Shown here: in pieces, positions 38,925-48,499 of the stretch | Layout of the letters: every line of letters begins with the position of its first letter | How positions within the stretch are numbered: position 1 is the first letter of the stretch | The notes under the pieces: generated by a model | What the model saw: the letters and a program-made list of their open reading frames with translations, nothing else | Databases searched by the model: none | What the model was told of the DNA's origin: nothing | Program-made: the position numbers and the translations under genes | Source of the DNA: Candidatus Poseidoniia archaeon | Lineage (GTDB): Archaea > Thermoplasmatota > Poseidoniia > MGIII > CG-Epi1 | Reading direction: 5' to 3' | Length of the DNA: 64,000 nt | Assembly: GCA_030754655.1 (NCBI GenBank) | Contig: JASLZX010000004.1 | Location: forward strand, 30,095 to 94,094

Positions 38925-40814
38925 ATGTCGCAATACCTAGTTTGGTTCCTGCTCTGGCTCTGCGTCTGCCTGATGCCTGTCGGTTACGACCGGGCCAGGT
39001 TCGGCGTCACGAAAATCAGGTCTGACTTTTCTGACCTTCCCGAATTCTTCCGAAACGCCCGCTTCGTCAGCGTCAGCGGCTTCATCCTTTTTCCGCTCGC
39101 CAGTGGCATATTCTGGGCGGTAGCGTTGGTCGGCTGGGCGGTATTCCAGGACTTTACCTTTGCGAGCTGGACTGGCTCCATCCTGGGAATCCTGTCACTC
39201 TCAATCGTTTTCCTGGTGGTGGGAACCGCGACTCGCTACATCACGGTCGGGTATGTCCGTGGCAAGAACCCTGACCTGGCCGACGTCACGGGGCACCTCC
39301 AGTATACCGGTCTCCGCCCGTTCGTCGCAATTGGCATTATCATTCTGCTGCTGGCGGCAAACATCACCCCGCAGATGGGCAATCTGGAGTTCAACCCAAT
39401 GTTCAGCGACCTGAACGAGAGTGTCGACAACACCGCCGCACCTGCCAACTACCTGACTGACCCCAACGAGGTTCGCGTCATTTCCTGGTACCTCGCCACG
39501 CAATATCTGGTGCGTTCGTACGGCGATTCAGCCTCCTCGCTAAGCACTGATGAGTGGGAAATGATGGAATACACCGACCCCACACTGGTCAACGGCGAAT
39601 TCGTCTGGGTCAACGCACCCAAGTTCGAGGCCTGGAAATGGACCGGGGGTAAGCAGGTGCCGTTCTACGTGACGGTCGCCAATGACCCTGCCAACATGTC
39701 GAGCGAAGGCTTCGATCCGGTCCGGAGTTCGGACGAGGGTTTCGCGGTCCACGTCTCGCAAATTAGCTGGGCAAACCGGATTGACCAGCTCCTGTTCGAT
39801 GATTACGCACTGGAACTGGTCAAGGTGCAGGTGCGCTTTGACATTGACGACGAACAGAACCCATTCTGGATTGTCTACCTCGGCCAGCGCGGCATCATTA
39901 GAGATGTCGTGACGCTGGAGAAAATCCTGATAGTCAACGCCCGTGACATCGACGACCATGCAGTCTACGATGTCGACGACCCGGAAATCCCGGCCTGGCT
40001 GGAGGTAGTCTACCCCGACTACTACGTCGAGGACTGGGCCAAACTGTGGGGCGAATGGCGGGAGGGCATCATCTATCACATGTTCACGAAAACGCACCTC
40101 TCCGTCCCGTCCGATTCGGCGCGCTTCATTGTGCTCAACGGGCAGACCTACTGGTACATCCCAATGACCCAGCTCAGCTCCGACGTGCTTGCGGGCTACA
40201 TCTTGGTTGACACTCGCAGCGGGGAAGCAGTGTACCACAACCGCGAGGCGAAGTCGCTCGCTAACCTTTACACTGCCGAGGAACAGGTCTATGCATACCT
40301 CGCCAGCGGTGCCGAGGGTTTCAGCCAGCTGCGGATTGACGAAGGCTACCTCTACCCGATTATGACAGATTCCGGCGCCGTGCGGGACGCCTATATATTT
40401 CCGCTCTACAGCGGCTTCTCAATCCAGAAATTCGCGCTGGTTGATGCGGAGGAGTATACGCAGACTCCCGTCCTCGAAACCAGCCTCGAGTCTGCCCTCA
40501 CGAAATACCAGTCCCGAGTCTGGGGCGAGGCGCAGGCGAACCTCAGCTATGACTGGGTCGAGTGGCGGCTCGAGAACGGCTATTGCGAGGAAGAGGAGTG
40601 TGTCGTGACTGCCGGTTCCGCAACTTACGTCATTACTGAGGACGACCTTGCGGGTGGCGCCATCAACGACGGCGCCAACGAGTGGCGCGAACTGAAGCTG
40701 GCGGTGAGCGAATTCGAGCGAACCGGCAACGCCACCATTTTCGTAACAGTCAATTCAAGCCTGGTGAACGACGTGGATTACGAAGGCTCCGATCTGGTGG
40801 AAAGGGAACAGTAG
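38925..40814 (+). CDS. Hypothetical polytopic membrane protein with a large acidic extracytoplasmic domain
   Basis: Four N-terminal TM helices are followed by a roughly 450-aa W/Y/D/E-rich domain. The local GC, about 52%, is lower than the window average. Confidence 0.5.
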   Translation: MSQYLVWFLLWLCVCLMPVGYDRARFGVTKIRSDFSDLPEFFRNARFVSVSGFILFPLASGIFWAVALVGWAVFQDFTFASWTGSILGILSLSIVFLVVGTATRYITVGYVRGKNPDLADVTGHLQYTGLRPFVAIGIIILLLAANITPQMGNLEFNPMFSDLNESVDNTAAPANYLTDPNEVRVISWYLATQYLVRSYGDSASSLSTDEWEMMEYTDPTLVNGEFVWVNAPKFEAWKWTGGKQVPFYVTVANDPANMSSEGFDPVRSSDEGFAVHVSQISWANRIDQLLFDDYALELVKVQVRFDIDDEQNPFWIVYLGQRGIIRDVVTLEKILIVNARDIDDHAVYDVDDPEIPAWLEVVYPDYYVEDWAKLWGEWREGIIYHMFTKTHLSVPSDSARFIVLNGQTYWYIPMTQLSSDVLAGYILVDTRSGEAVYHNREAKSLANLYTAEEQVYAYLASGAEGFSQLRIDEGYLYPIMTDSGAVRDAYIFPLYSGFSIQKFALVDAEEYTQTPVLETSLESALTKYQSRVWGEAQANLSYDWVEWRLENGYCEEEECVVTAGSATYVITEDDLAGGAINDGANEWRELKLAVSEFERTGNATIFVTVNSSLVNDVDYEGSDLVEREQ

Positions 40815-40966
40815 TTTCGCAGCTCCGCCTCCGGGCGGCTACTAATAGCGGAGCCGCCGACCGGACGCCGGGAACTGGTAGCTCCGCACGGCCATTTCCC
40901 GATGACGAGGGTGGTAACCGGGATTGGCGACCGCAGGCTTATATCGCTTTTGAATCTCGCGGGGGG

Positions 40967-41719
40967 ATGGTTGCGCGACCGCTGCTGCTTGGAGGCCTCC
41001 TGCTTCTGGTGCTGGGGCTGCTGGGAGAATTCCTGATTTTCCCCGGGATGCTCGCGTCGGACGGTGGCGAGTTCGCGGCGCAAATCAGCAGCTCGGGTGA
41101 TATCGAGACCTTCAACGACTATGACGTGGGCGACAGTGTCACCATCGTTGACACGGTTGCCCGCATCCAGCTTGACGAAGGGCAGACCCGCGTCTGGCTC
41201 GCGAGTATCGGTGCTGCGGACACCGACATCGCGTTCCGTTTCAACGGCGACCTGCTCGCCGATTTCGCGCCGGACGACAGGGTCGTGATTGCCTTCGAGG
41301 TTGCCCAGATCGGCTCGGGCGAGACGCCCGCCGGCTATGAGACCAACGCCAACGCGCTGCCGGCCGACGCGATTACGCCGCGCTACTCATCGACGACCGA
41401 GATGGCGTTTGCGGGACTCGCGGCGCTCGGCCTCGGGCTCGTTGCCTTTGGTGGCTTCAACTCCTGGCGTGGCGGCGGCGCCCCGGAAGATGACTGGGAC
41501 GCGCCCGCTGCGCCCGCGGCTGTGCCCATGGCTGCACCGCTCGCGATGACACCTGCCGCTCCGGCGATGGCTGCCGCAGCTCCAGCTGCGGCAGCTCCGG
41601 TCGCGCAGCCGGTTACCATCCAGTGCCCTGCCTGCCAGGCCGGGCTCCAGATTAACGACCCGACGCGTCCGCTTAACATCACCTGTCCAGCGTGCCAGGC
41701 GGGGATGGTGGTGAGATAA
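40967..41719 (+). CDS. Membrane protein with a C-terminal tandem CPACQ zinc ribbon, translationally coupled (TAATG) to the ABC substrate-binding protein
   Basis: TM helix, acidic extracytoplasmic domain, second TM helix, Ala/Pro-rich linker, then CPACQAGLQINDPTRPLNITCPACQAGMVV. The 95 aa upstream of ATG 40967 in the track are spurious. Confidence 0.5.
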   Translation: MVARPLLLGGLLLLVLGLLGEFLIFPGMLASDGGEFAAQISSSGDIETFNDYDVGDSVTIVDTVARIQLDEGQTRVWLASIGAADTDIAFRFNGDLLADFAPDDRVVIAFEVAQIGSGETPAGYETNANALPADAITPRYSSTTEMAFAGLAALGLGLVAFGGFNSWRGGGAPEDDWDAPAAPAAVPMAAPLAMTPAAPAMAAAAPAAAAPVAQPVTIQCPACQAGLQINDPTRPLNITCPACQAGMVVR

Positions 41720-44016
41720 TGTACGAACGAAAACCCTTCGCAGCAATCATGGTCACGATGCTGTTCCTCACCGGTTGCCTCGGCACCGGCGGCGGCATCG
41801 GTTCCAACCAGAACCCGCAGTCGGTCGTCACGCTTACGGACGGCACAAATGTAGTCAATGTCGGCGACACAGTCCAGCTCGACGGCTCGCAGTCGTGGGA
41901 CGAGGACGGCGCCCTCAAGTCGTGGAACTGGGACTATGGCGACGGCCAGTCCGGTTCCGGCCAGATTGTGACGCACAAATACTTCCAGCCGGGCGAATAC
42001 ATTGTCGCGCTGGCGGTCACCGACGACAAGGGCGCGGTCGGCAACAACGACCACCGGCTGACCTACGTCACGGTGCTGCCGCTGGAGACCAGCGATTCCG
42101 GTTCGTCGCCGCCGACAGCGATGATTTCCGCCTCCGCCTCGGTCGTCAAGCCGGGCAGCACGGTCCGCTTCTCGGGCGCCGCCTCGTGGGGCTGGTCCGA
42201 CGGAAGCGCCTCGACCAGCGCGGTCACCGGCTGGCAGTGGCAATTCGGCGACGGGGCGACCGGCAACGGGGTCGAGACCACCCACGTCTTCGGCAGCGGC
42301 GGCGGGCTGACCAGCGACCGCACCACCGGCAACTATCCGGTCATACTGACCGTCACGGGCGAGAACGGTCTCACCAGCAGTGCGGTCTACACTATCCGCG
42401 TCATCCGCGAGAAAGCGGTAGCGGGCGAGGTGAAGAATCCCGACACGTTTACGACGGTCTCAATCGGTGACCCGCAGGAACTGGACCCGGCTCACGCCTA
42501 CGACACCGCCTCGGGCGCGGTCATCATGAACGCCTACGAGACGCTGGTCTGGTATGAGCGCGAGCGGACCGACAAGCTGAAGCCAATGCTGGCGACCGTG
42601 GTTCCGACGCAGGCCAACGGCGGCATATCGCCTGACGGGCTCACCTATACCTTCAATATTCGCCAGAACGTAAAATTCCACGACGGTTCGACGCTGACGG
42701 CCGACGACGTCGTCTTTTCGATAAAGCGGCTGGTGGTAATGAACCTTGCCGACGGCCCGGCCTGGATGTATACCGAAATCCTGAACGAGAGCGGCATCCA
42801 GAAGATTGACCAGTATACGGTCCAGTTCACGCTGACCGAATCGGCGCCGCGCTTCCTCTCGATTATGGCCTACAACGCCGCCGCCATCCTCTCGCAGAAC
42901 TGGGTTGCCTTCCGGGGCTGCGGCACCCCCATCGAGGGCGTCCCGTGCGAAAACATCGAGCGCGACGCCATGGGCACCGGCCCGTACAAGTTCGTCAAGT
43001 GGGTTCCCGACCAGTATGTGCTGATGGAATACCACCCCGACTACTGGGGCGGCTGGTCAATCGCCGAGCGCAAGGCTCAGGGCTACCCGGACGGCTTCAT
43101 CAAGACCGTCTACATGAAGAAGAACAACGACAAGGATTCGCGCATCTTGGAGCTGCTCGCAGGCGACGCCGACTTTGCATACGTCCCGATTGCCGATCGC
43201 GACAAGATTGATGGCAAGGATGGCATCCGTATCATGGAGGGGCAGCCGACCTTCAGCATGGGGTTCATCGGCTTCAACCATGATATCCAGAATTGGGAGC
43301 AGACCGCTCCCTCGTCCGACTTCTTCGCCGACATCAACGTCCGCAAGGCGTTCTGCTACGCGTTCCCCTACCAGCAGTTCATCACCGATGAACTGGACGA
43401 CCACGCGCTCAAGCCCAAGGGACCGGTCCCGGCCGGGATGCTTGGCTACAACGAATACGGTCCGGAATACGATTTCGACCTAGAGCAGGCTGAATACTAC
43501 TTCAAGGAAGCTGGTGTCTGGGACACCGGCTTCACGCTGACGGTCTACTACAACTCGGGCAACACCGCGCGTGAGAACGGGCTGCTGATGCTCGAGAACA
43601 ACGTCGAGTCGCTCAACGCCAAGTTCGACCTTGTGGTACAGGGGCTTGAGTGGCCCGACTACCTCGACAAGTTCATCCAGTCCGAGATGCCGCTCTTCTT
43701 CCTTGGCTGGGCGCCCGACTACGCCGACCCGCACGACTACGTCCAACCGTTCCTGCACAGCAACGGCCACTTCCCGTACTACCTCTCCTACCAGAATGAT
43801 GAGCTGGACCAGCTCATCATGGACGCCGCGCGCGAGACCGATGACGCGACCCGCATCCAGCTCTACGCCGACATCATCGACCTGGAGCACGAGGAGGCTA
43901 TCTACATCTGGACCCATCAGGGTATCACTTTCCACGTTGAGCGCGACTGGGTCGATGGCTGGTATTCAAACCCGATGTATGGCGGCACCTACTACTACTC
44001 GCTGAGCAAGGGCTGA
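41719..44016 (+). CDS. ABC transporter substrate-binding lipoprotein (family 5, Dpp/Opp/Nik-like) with two N-terminal PKD domains
   Basis: Lipobox LFLTGCLG. It has two PKD-like segments (WNWDYGDGQSGSGQIVTHKYFQPGEY and WQWQFGDGATGNGVETTHVFGS), followed by an SBP_bac_5 body of about 530 aa. Confidence 0.85.
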   Translation: MYERKPFAAIMVTMLFLTGCLGTGGGIGSNQNPQSVVTLTDGTNVVNVGDTVQLDGSQSWDEDGALKSWNWDYGDGQSGSGQIVTHKYFQPGEYIVALAVTDDKGAVGNNDHRLTYVTVLPLETSDSGSSPPTAMISASASVVKPGSTVRFSGAASWGWSDGSASTSAVTGWQWQFGDGATGNGVETTHVFGSGGGLTSDRTTGNYPVILTVTGENGLTSSAVYTIRVIREKAVAGEVKNPDTFTTVSIGDPQELDPAHAYDTASGAVIMNAYETLVWYERERTDKLKPMLATVVPTQANGGISPDGLTYTFNIRQNVKFHDGSTLTADDVVFSIKRLVVMNLADGPAWMYTEILNESGIQKIDQYTVQFTLTESAPRFLSIMAYNAAAILSQNWVAFRGCGTPIEGVPCENIERDAMGTGPYKFVKWVPDQYVLMEYHPDYWGGWSIAERKAQGYPDGFIKTVYMKKNNDKDSRILELLAGDADFAYVPIADRDKIDGKDGIRIMEGQPTFSMGFIGFNHDIQNWEQTAPSSDFFADINVRKAFCYAFPYQQFITDELDDHALKPKGPVPAGMLGYNEYGPEYDFDLEQAEYYFKEAGVWDTGFTLTVYYNSGNTARENGLLMLENNVESLNAKFDLVVQGLEWPDYLDKFIQSEMPLFFLGWAPDYADPHDYVQPFLHSNGHFPYYLSYQNDELDQLIMDAARETDDATRIQLYADIIDLEHEEAIYIWTHQGITFHVERDWVDGWYSNPMYGGTYYYSLSKG

Positions 44017-44033
44017 GCGGTTTTTAGCGGCGG

Positions 44034-46475
44034 TTGCCTGCCGCTGCCGTGAAGCTGTGGCAATACGTGTTGCGGAGGCTGGCTTTCACCATCCCGGTGA
44101 TGCTGGGGGTGACGCTCATCACCTTCTCGCTCTCGAACCTGATGGGCGACCCGGTCGCACCCTACGTCACCGAGAAATCGACCCCCGAGCAGATTGAGGA
44201 ACTGCGCAAGCTGCACAACCTCGACAAGTCGCTCTCGGTCCGCTACTTCACCTACATCAACAACCTGCTCCACGGCGAATGGGGCTACTCGCAGACCATC
44301 AACCAACCGGTGTCGGATGCCATCGTGTTGAAATTTGCTGCGACTCTCGAACTTTCGTTGTTAGCATTCGCCGTCGCGGTCGCGACTGCATTACCGCTCG
44401 GCATCTTCTCCAGCGTCAAGCATAATCGCTGGGAGGACCACTGGATTCGGCTCTTCGCGCTCTTCGGCTCGGCGGTGCCAATTTTCTGGTTCGCGCTCAT
44501 CCTGAAATATTTCCTCGCCTTTCAGTGGGGCGACGCGACGCAGCTGCCACTGGGCTACCGCTACGACGCCATCCTGTGGGATTTGGAAGACCCGATTGAG
44601 CAACGCACCGGGTTGTTGCTGGTCGACGCGTTGTTGGCGGGCTCATGGATTCATTTCAAGGACGCACTGATGCATATGCTGCTGCCGGCAACAACGCTGG
44701 CGTATGCCTCCATGGCGACCACCATCCGGCTGATGCGCGGGAGCATGCTCGACGTGCTCGAGCAGGATTACGTGCGCACCGCGCGCGCCAAAGGGCTGCC
44801 CGAGCACAAGGTGGTCGTCAACCACGCTGCGCGCAACGCCATGATTCCGACCGTGACATTGCTTGGCCTCGCGTTCGGTGGGCTGCTCAATGGCTCGGTG
44901 CTGACCGAGACGGTCTGGCAATGGCCAGGGCTAGGATTATGGGCGGTGACCGCGATGCGCAACCTCGACACCGCTGCTATCCTGGGCTACACGCTCTTCG
45001 CCGGGATGCTCTACGTGCTCGCTAATCTCGTCGTCGACGTTGCCTACGCCTGGCTCGACCCTCGCGTTGAGCTGAGCGGCGATGTAGGGCTCGCCGAGTG
45101 GGTCATCGCCGGGATGGCCATCCTGCTGCTCGCCGTTACATGGCTAAGCGTCGACCTCGGTCTCGGCCTGGCCCAGCTGCTGCTCTACGCACTGCTGCTG
45201 GGTGCTCTGGTGGGGCTGGTGTGGCAGCTTCCATTGCGCGCCAGCTTTAGTGTCTGTGGAATTCTGGCGTTTGTAGATGCACTGCTGGCGGAGAGCGTGC
45301 TGGTTGAATACATCGCCTACTTGATGGCGCTGGCTGCCTTCGGTCTGGTGGCTTTGTGGCCAGGCCATCTGCCGCAACAGGACCATCGCGATTTCCTGGC
45401 GCGGCTGCAGGAATACCTGTGGGTGCCGCTACTGGCGGGAGGGACCGTGCTGGCGGTCCTCGGAATTTTCCGGGGCTACGCGACCGAGATGGTTCTGCTG
45501 TTCGTGCTGTTCCTGCTGGTGCGGCTGGCGCTCAACTGGCGGGATTTTGTTGCCGAAATCCCGCCACGCCGGGCAGAGCTGCGGCGCATGGCGCACCAGC
45601 TGCGGCGTAACCCGCTGGCGCTGCTGGGGCTATTCATCGCGCTCGCCATCCTGCTGGTCGCGCTCATGGCGCCATTCCTGGCGCCGCTCGAGCCGGGGCA
45701 GCGCGACGCCGACCGCATGGTTGAGCACTTCGAGTTCAACCACGACCTGCAGCCGCCCTGCTACTGGTCCTGCACTGGCGAGCGGGGCGAAGCCGACGGC
45801 TACATCCTCGGCTCGACCAGCAAGGGCTACGACATCTGGTACGGCATCATCTGGGGCAGCCGCACCTCACTCGACGTGGCGCTGAAGGTGGTCATCAGCG
45901 GCACCTTCATCGCCGTCGTGCTGGGGGTAATTTCGGGCTACTACGGCGGGCGCGTCGACGAAATCATGATGCGCATCACCGATGTCTTCCTTGCAATTCC
46001 GGGGCTGATACTGGCGCTGGCGATTGTGGCAGTGACGAATAATCCCTCGATTGAATACCTGATGTATGCGCTGATAATCGTCTGGTGGCCCGGTTTCACG
46101 CGCATCGTGCGGGCGCAGGCGCTCACCGTCCGCAACCTGCCATACGTCGAGGCGGCTCGCGCTGCCGGCGCGAGCGACTTCCGCATCATCTTCCGGCACG
46201 TACTGCCTAACTGCCTGACGCCGGTGGTCATCGCCGCGACAATGGACATGGGGTCAATCGTGCTGGTGCTGGCGGGGCTGGGCTACCTCGGCTTCGGCGG
46301 CGGTCCCGACCTAGCCGAGTGGGGCAAGCTGGTCGGCTACGGGCAGGAGCACCTGCTGGCGGGCGACTGGTGGGCGTTCTTCTTCCCGGGACTGGCGATT
46401 GCGCTCTGGGCGCTGGCGTTCTACCTGCTCGGTGACGGACTGCGGGATATTCTTGACCCGCGGCAGAGGGAATGA
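44034..46475 (+). CDS. Fused ABC permease (DppB-like + DppC-like domains in one polypeptide) with an inserted membrane module between them
   Basis: The N-half has the BPD_transp_1 EAA-like region ([10 protein letters not shown]...). The C-half is DppC-like ([21 protein letters not shown]...). The roughly 190-aa linker contains [42 protein letters not shown], homologous to the product of gene 35677..35958. Confidence 0.85.
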   Translation: MPAAAVKLWQYVLRRLAFTIPVMLGVTLITFSLSNLMGDPVAPYVTEKSTPEQIEELRKLHNLDKSLSVRYFTYINNLLHGEWGYSQTINQPVSDAIVLKFAATLELSLLAFAVAVATALPLGIFSSVKHNRWEDHWIRLFALFGSAVPIFWFALILKYFLAFQWGDATQLPLGYRYDAILWDLEDPIEQRTGLLLVDALLAGSWIHFKDALMHMLLPATTLAYASMATTIRLMRGSMLDVLEQDYVRTARAKGLPEHKVVVNHAARNAMIPTVTLLGLAFGGLLNGSVLTETVWQWPGLGLWAVTAMRNLDTAAILGYTLFAGMLYVLANLVVDVAYAWLDPRVELSGDVGLAEWVIAGMAILLLAVTWLSVDLGLGLAQLLLYALLLGALVGLVWQLPLRASFSVCGILAFVDALLAESVLVEYIAYLMALAAFGLVALWPGHLPQQDHRDFLARLQEYLWVPLLAGGTVLAVLGIFRGYATEMVLLFVLFLLVRLALNWRDFVAEIPPRRAELRRMAHQLRRNPLALLGLFIALAILLVALMAPFLAPLEPGQRDADRMVEHFEFNHDLQPPCYWSCTGERGEADGYILGSTSKGYDIWYGIIWGSRTSLDVALKVVISGTFIAVVLGVISGYYGGRVDEIMMRITDVFLAIPGLILALAIVAVTNNPSIEYLMYALIIVWWPGFTRIVRAQALTVRNLPYVEAARAAGASDFRIIFRHVLPNCLTPVVIAATMDMGSIVLVLAGLGYLGFGGGPDLAEWGKLVGYGQEHLLAGDWWAFFFPGLAIALWALAFYLLGDGLRDILDPRQRE

Positions 46476-47419
46476 TGTTACGCGTCGAGAACCTCGTCAC
46501 CCGCTTCCACACTTACGACGGTGTCGTGCGCGCGCTCGAAGGGGTCAGTTTCGAGGTGCACGAAGGAGAAATATTCGGGTTGGTCGGCGAGACCGGCTGC
46601 GGCAAGTCGGTCACCACCTATTCGACGCTGCGGCTGCTCCCCTCGACCGGTCGCGTCCACTCCGGCCGCATCACCCTCTCCGGCGAGTCGCTGCTCGACG
46701 CGAGCGAATCGCGGATGCGCGAAGTGCGCGGCGGCGAAATCGCGATGATATTCCAAGACCCGCTCTCGGCGCTCAATCCGGTGATGCGCGTCGGCGACCA
46801 GATTGCCGAGTCGGTATGGCTGCACGACGACCTGCCCGACGCGGACGCGGTCGCCGCGCGCGTTGAGGAAGTGCTGGGAGAGGTGCGGATGCCCGACCCC
46901 GCCGGCGCTGCGCGCGCGTTCCCGCACGAGCTTTCGGGGGGCATGCAGCAGCGGGTGATGATTGCGATGGCGCTCGCGGGGCGGCCGAAGATGCTGATTG
47001 CCGACGAGCCGACGACGGCGCTCGACGTCACCATCCAGAGTCAGGTCCTGCAACTGCTGCGGCAGCTGAAGCAGGAGGCGGGGCTGACGGTGTTGCTCAT
47101 CACACACGACCTTGGTGTCGTGGCGGAGCTGTGCGACCGCGTCGCCGTGATGTATGCCGGGACGATTGTCGAGACTGCCCCCGTCGAGGAGCTATTCAGC
47201 GACCCGAAGCACCCCTACACGGAGGGGTTGCTGGCGGCGCTCCCGGGCGCCAGCGAAACGCTGGCACCAGTGCCTGGACGCGTGCCTGATCTGCTCGCGC
47301 CGCCGTCCGGCTGCCGTTTCCACCCGCGCTGCCCGCTGGCGGTCGACCGCTGCCGAGCAGAGGCGCCGGAGCTGCGCGGCGACACGCGACAGGTGGCGTG
47401 CCACGAGGTCGAGCCATGA
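46472..47419 (+). CDS. ABC transporter ATP-binding protein (DppD/OppD-like)
   Basis: Walker A GETGCGKS, signature LSGGMQQR and Walker [12 protein letters not shown], with a C-terminal oligopeptide_F domain. Confidence 0.9.
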   Translation: MMLRVENLVTRFHTYDGVVRALEGVSFEVHEGEIFGLVGETGCGKSVTTYSTLRLLPSTGRVHSGRITLSGESLLDASESRMREVRGGEIAMIFQDPLSALNPVMRVGDQIAESVWLHDDLPDADAVAARVEEVLGEVRMPDPAGAARAFPHELSGGMQQRVMIAMALAGRPKMLIADEPTTALDVTIQSQVLQLLRQLKQEAGLTVLLITHDLGVVAELCDRVAVMYAGTIVETAPVEELFSDPKHPYTEGLLAALPGASETLAPVPGRVPDLLAPPSGCRFHPRCPLAVDRCRAEAPELRGDTRQVACHEVEP

Positions 47420-48384
47420 TACTGCGCACGCACGTACTGGCGAAGCATTTCCCCATCCGGGATTTCCTCGGCCGCGTCGAGGGGCAGGTCCGCGCGCTCG
47501 ACGGCGTTACGCTGACGCTGCCCGAAGGGAAGACGCTCGGCATCGTCGGCGAGAGCGGCTGCGGCAAGACCACGCTGGCGCGGACGCTGCTGGGTCTCGA
47601 GGCGCCGACCGCCGGTTCGGTTGAACTGGGACCGGCGCTGGCGGATGGCCTGGCGGGGGACCGGCTGGAGGAACTGCGGTTGGGCGACTTGCGGCGGCTG
47701 CGCCGACGCATCGGCGTCGTGTTCCAGGACCCGCTGGGGGCGCTGAACCCGCGCATGCTGGTCAAGGACCTCGTCACCGAGCCGCTGGTAATCCATGGCC
47801 AGACGCGGGGGCTGCGCGACCGCGCGCGCGAGCTGCTCGAGCTAGTCGGCCTCAACCCTGACCACCTCTACCGCTTCCCGCACCAGTTCTCCGGCGGGCA
47901 GCGGCAGCGCATCGTGATTGCGCGCGCGCTGGCGCTGGAGCCGCAGCTGCTAGTGCTCGACGAGCCGACCAGCGCGCTTGACGTCAGCGTGCAGGCGCAA
48001 ATCCTCAACCTGCTCCAGCAGTTGCAACGCCGCCTCGGCCTCAGTTTCCTCTTCATCTCGCACGACCTCGCTGTCGTAAAGCACATGTGTGATCGCGTCG
48101 CCGTGATGTATCTCGGCCGCGTCGTCGAGGAGGCGGACGCCGCGCAGATCTTCGCCAACCCGCGCCATCCCTACTCGCAGGCGCTGGTCAGCGCTACCCC
48201 CGAGCTGGACCCCGCAAGGCGACAGGCGCGTATCGTGCTCGAGGGCGACGTCCCGTCGCCCGCCGCACCCCCCAGCGGCTGCCACTTCCACCCGCGCTGC
48301 CCCATCGCGGTCGATAATTGTGCGGTGGAATACCCCGAGCTGCGCGAGGGCGATGGGTGCGCGGTTGCGTGTCATCTGGTTTAG
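47416..48384 (+). CDS. ABC transporter ATP-binding protein (DppF/OppF-like)
   Basis: Walker A GESGCGKT, signature FSGGQRQR and Walker [12 protein letters not shown]. It overlaps the upstream ATPase by 4 nt. Confidence 0.9.
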   Translation: MILRTHVLAKHFPIRDFLGRVEGQVRALDGVTLTLPEGKTLGIVGESGCGKTTLARTLLGLEAPTAGSVELGPALADGLAGDRLEELRLGDLRRLRRRIGVVFQDPLGALNPRMLVKDLVTEPLVIHGQTRGLRDRARELLELVGLNPDHLYRFPHQFSGGQRQRIVIARALALEPQLLVLDEPTSALDVSVQAQILNLLQQLQRRLGLSFLFISHDLAVVKHMCDRVAVMYLGRVVEEADAAQIFANPRHPYSQALVSATPELDPARRQARIVLEGDVPSPAAPPSGCHFHPRCPIAVDNCAVEYPELREGDGCAVACHLV

Positions 48385-48422
48385 CGGAGCCCCTAAAAAC
48401 CGCCCCAAATACCGGCCCACGT

Positions 48423-48499
48423 GGGCCGGTAGATCAGCCTGGAAGATCGCCTGCTTTGCAAGCAGGAGGCCCCGGGTTCAAATCCCGGCCGGTCCACCA
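48423..48499 (+). tRNA. tRNA-Ala (anticodon UGC), CCA encoded
   Basis: Cloverleaf read by eye: acceptor GGGCCGG/CCGGTCC with a G3:U70 pair, which is the Ala identity element; anticodon stem CCTGC/GCAGG with loop TTTGCAA; T-arm CCGGG-TTCAAAT-CCCGG. Confidence 0.85.
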
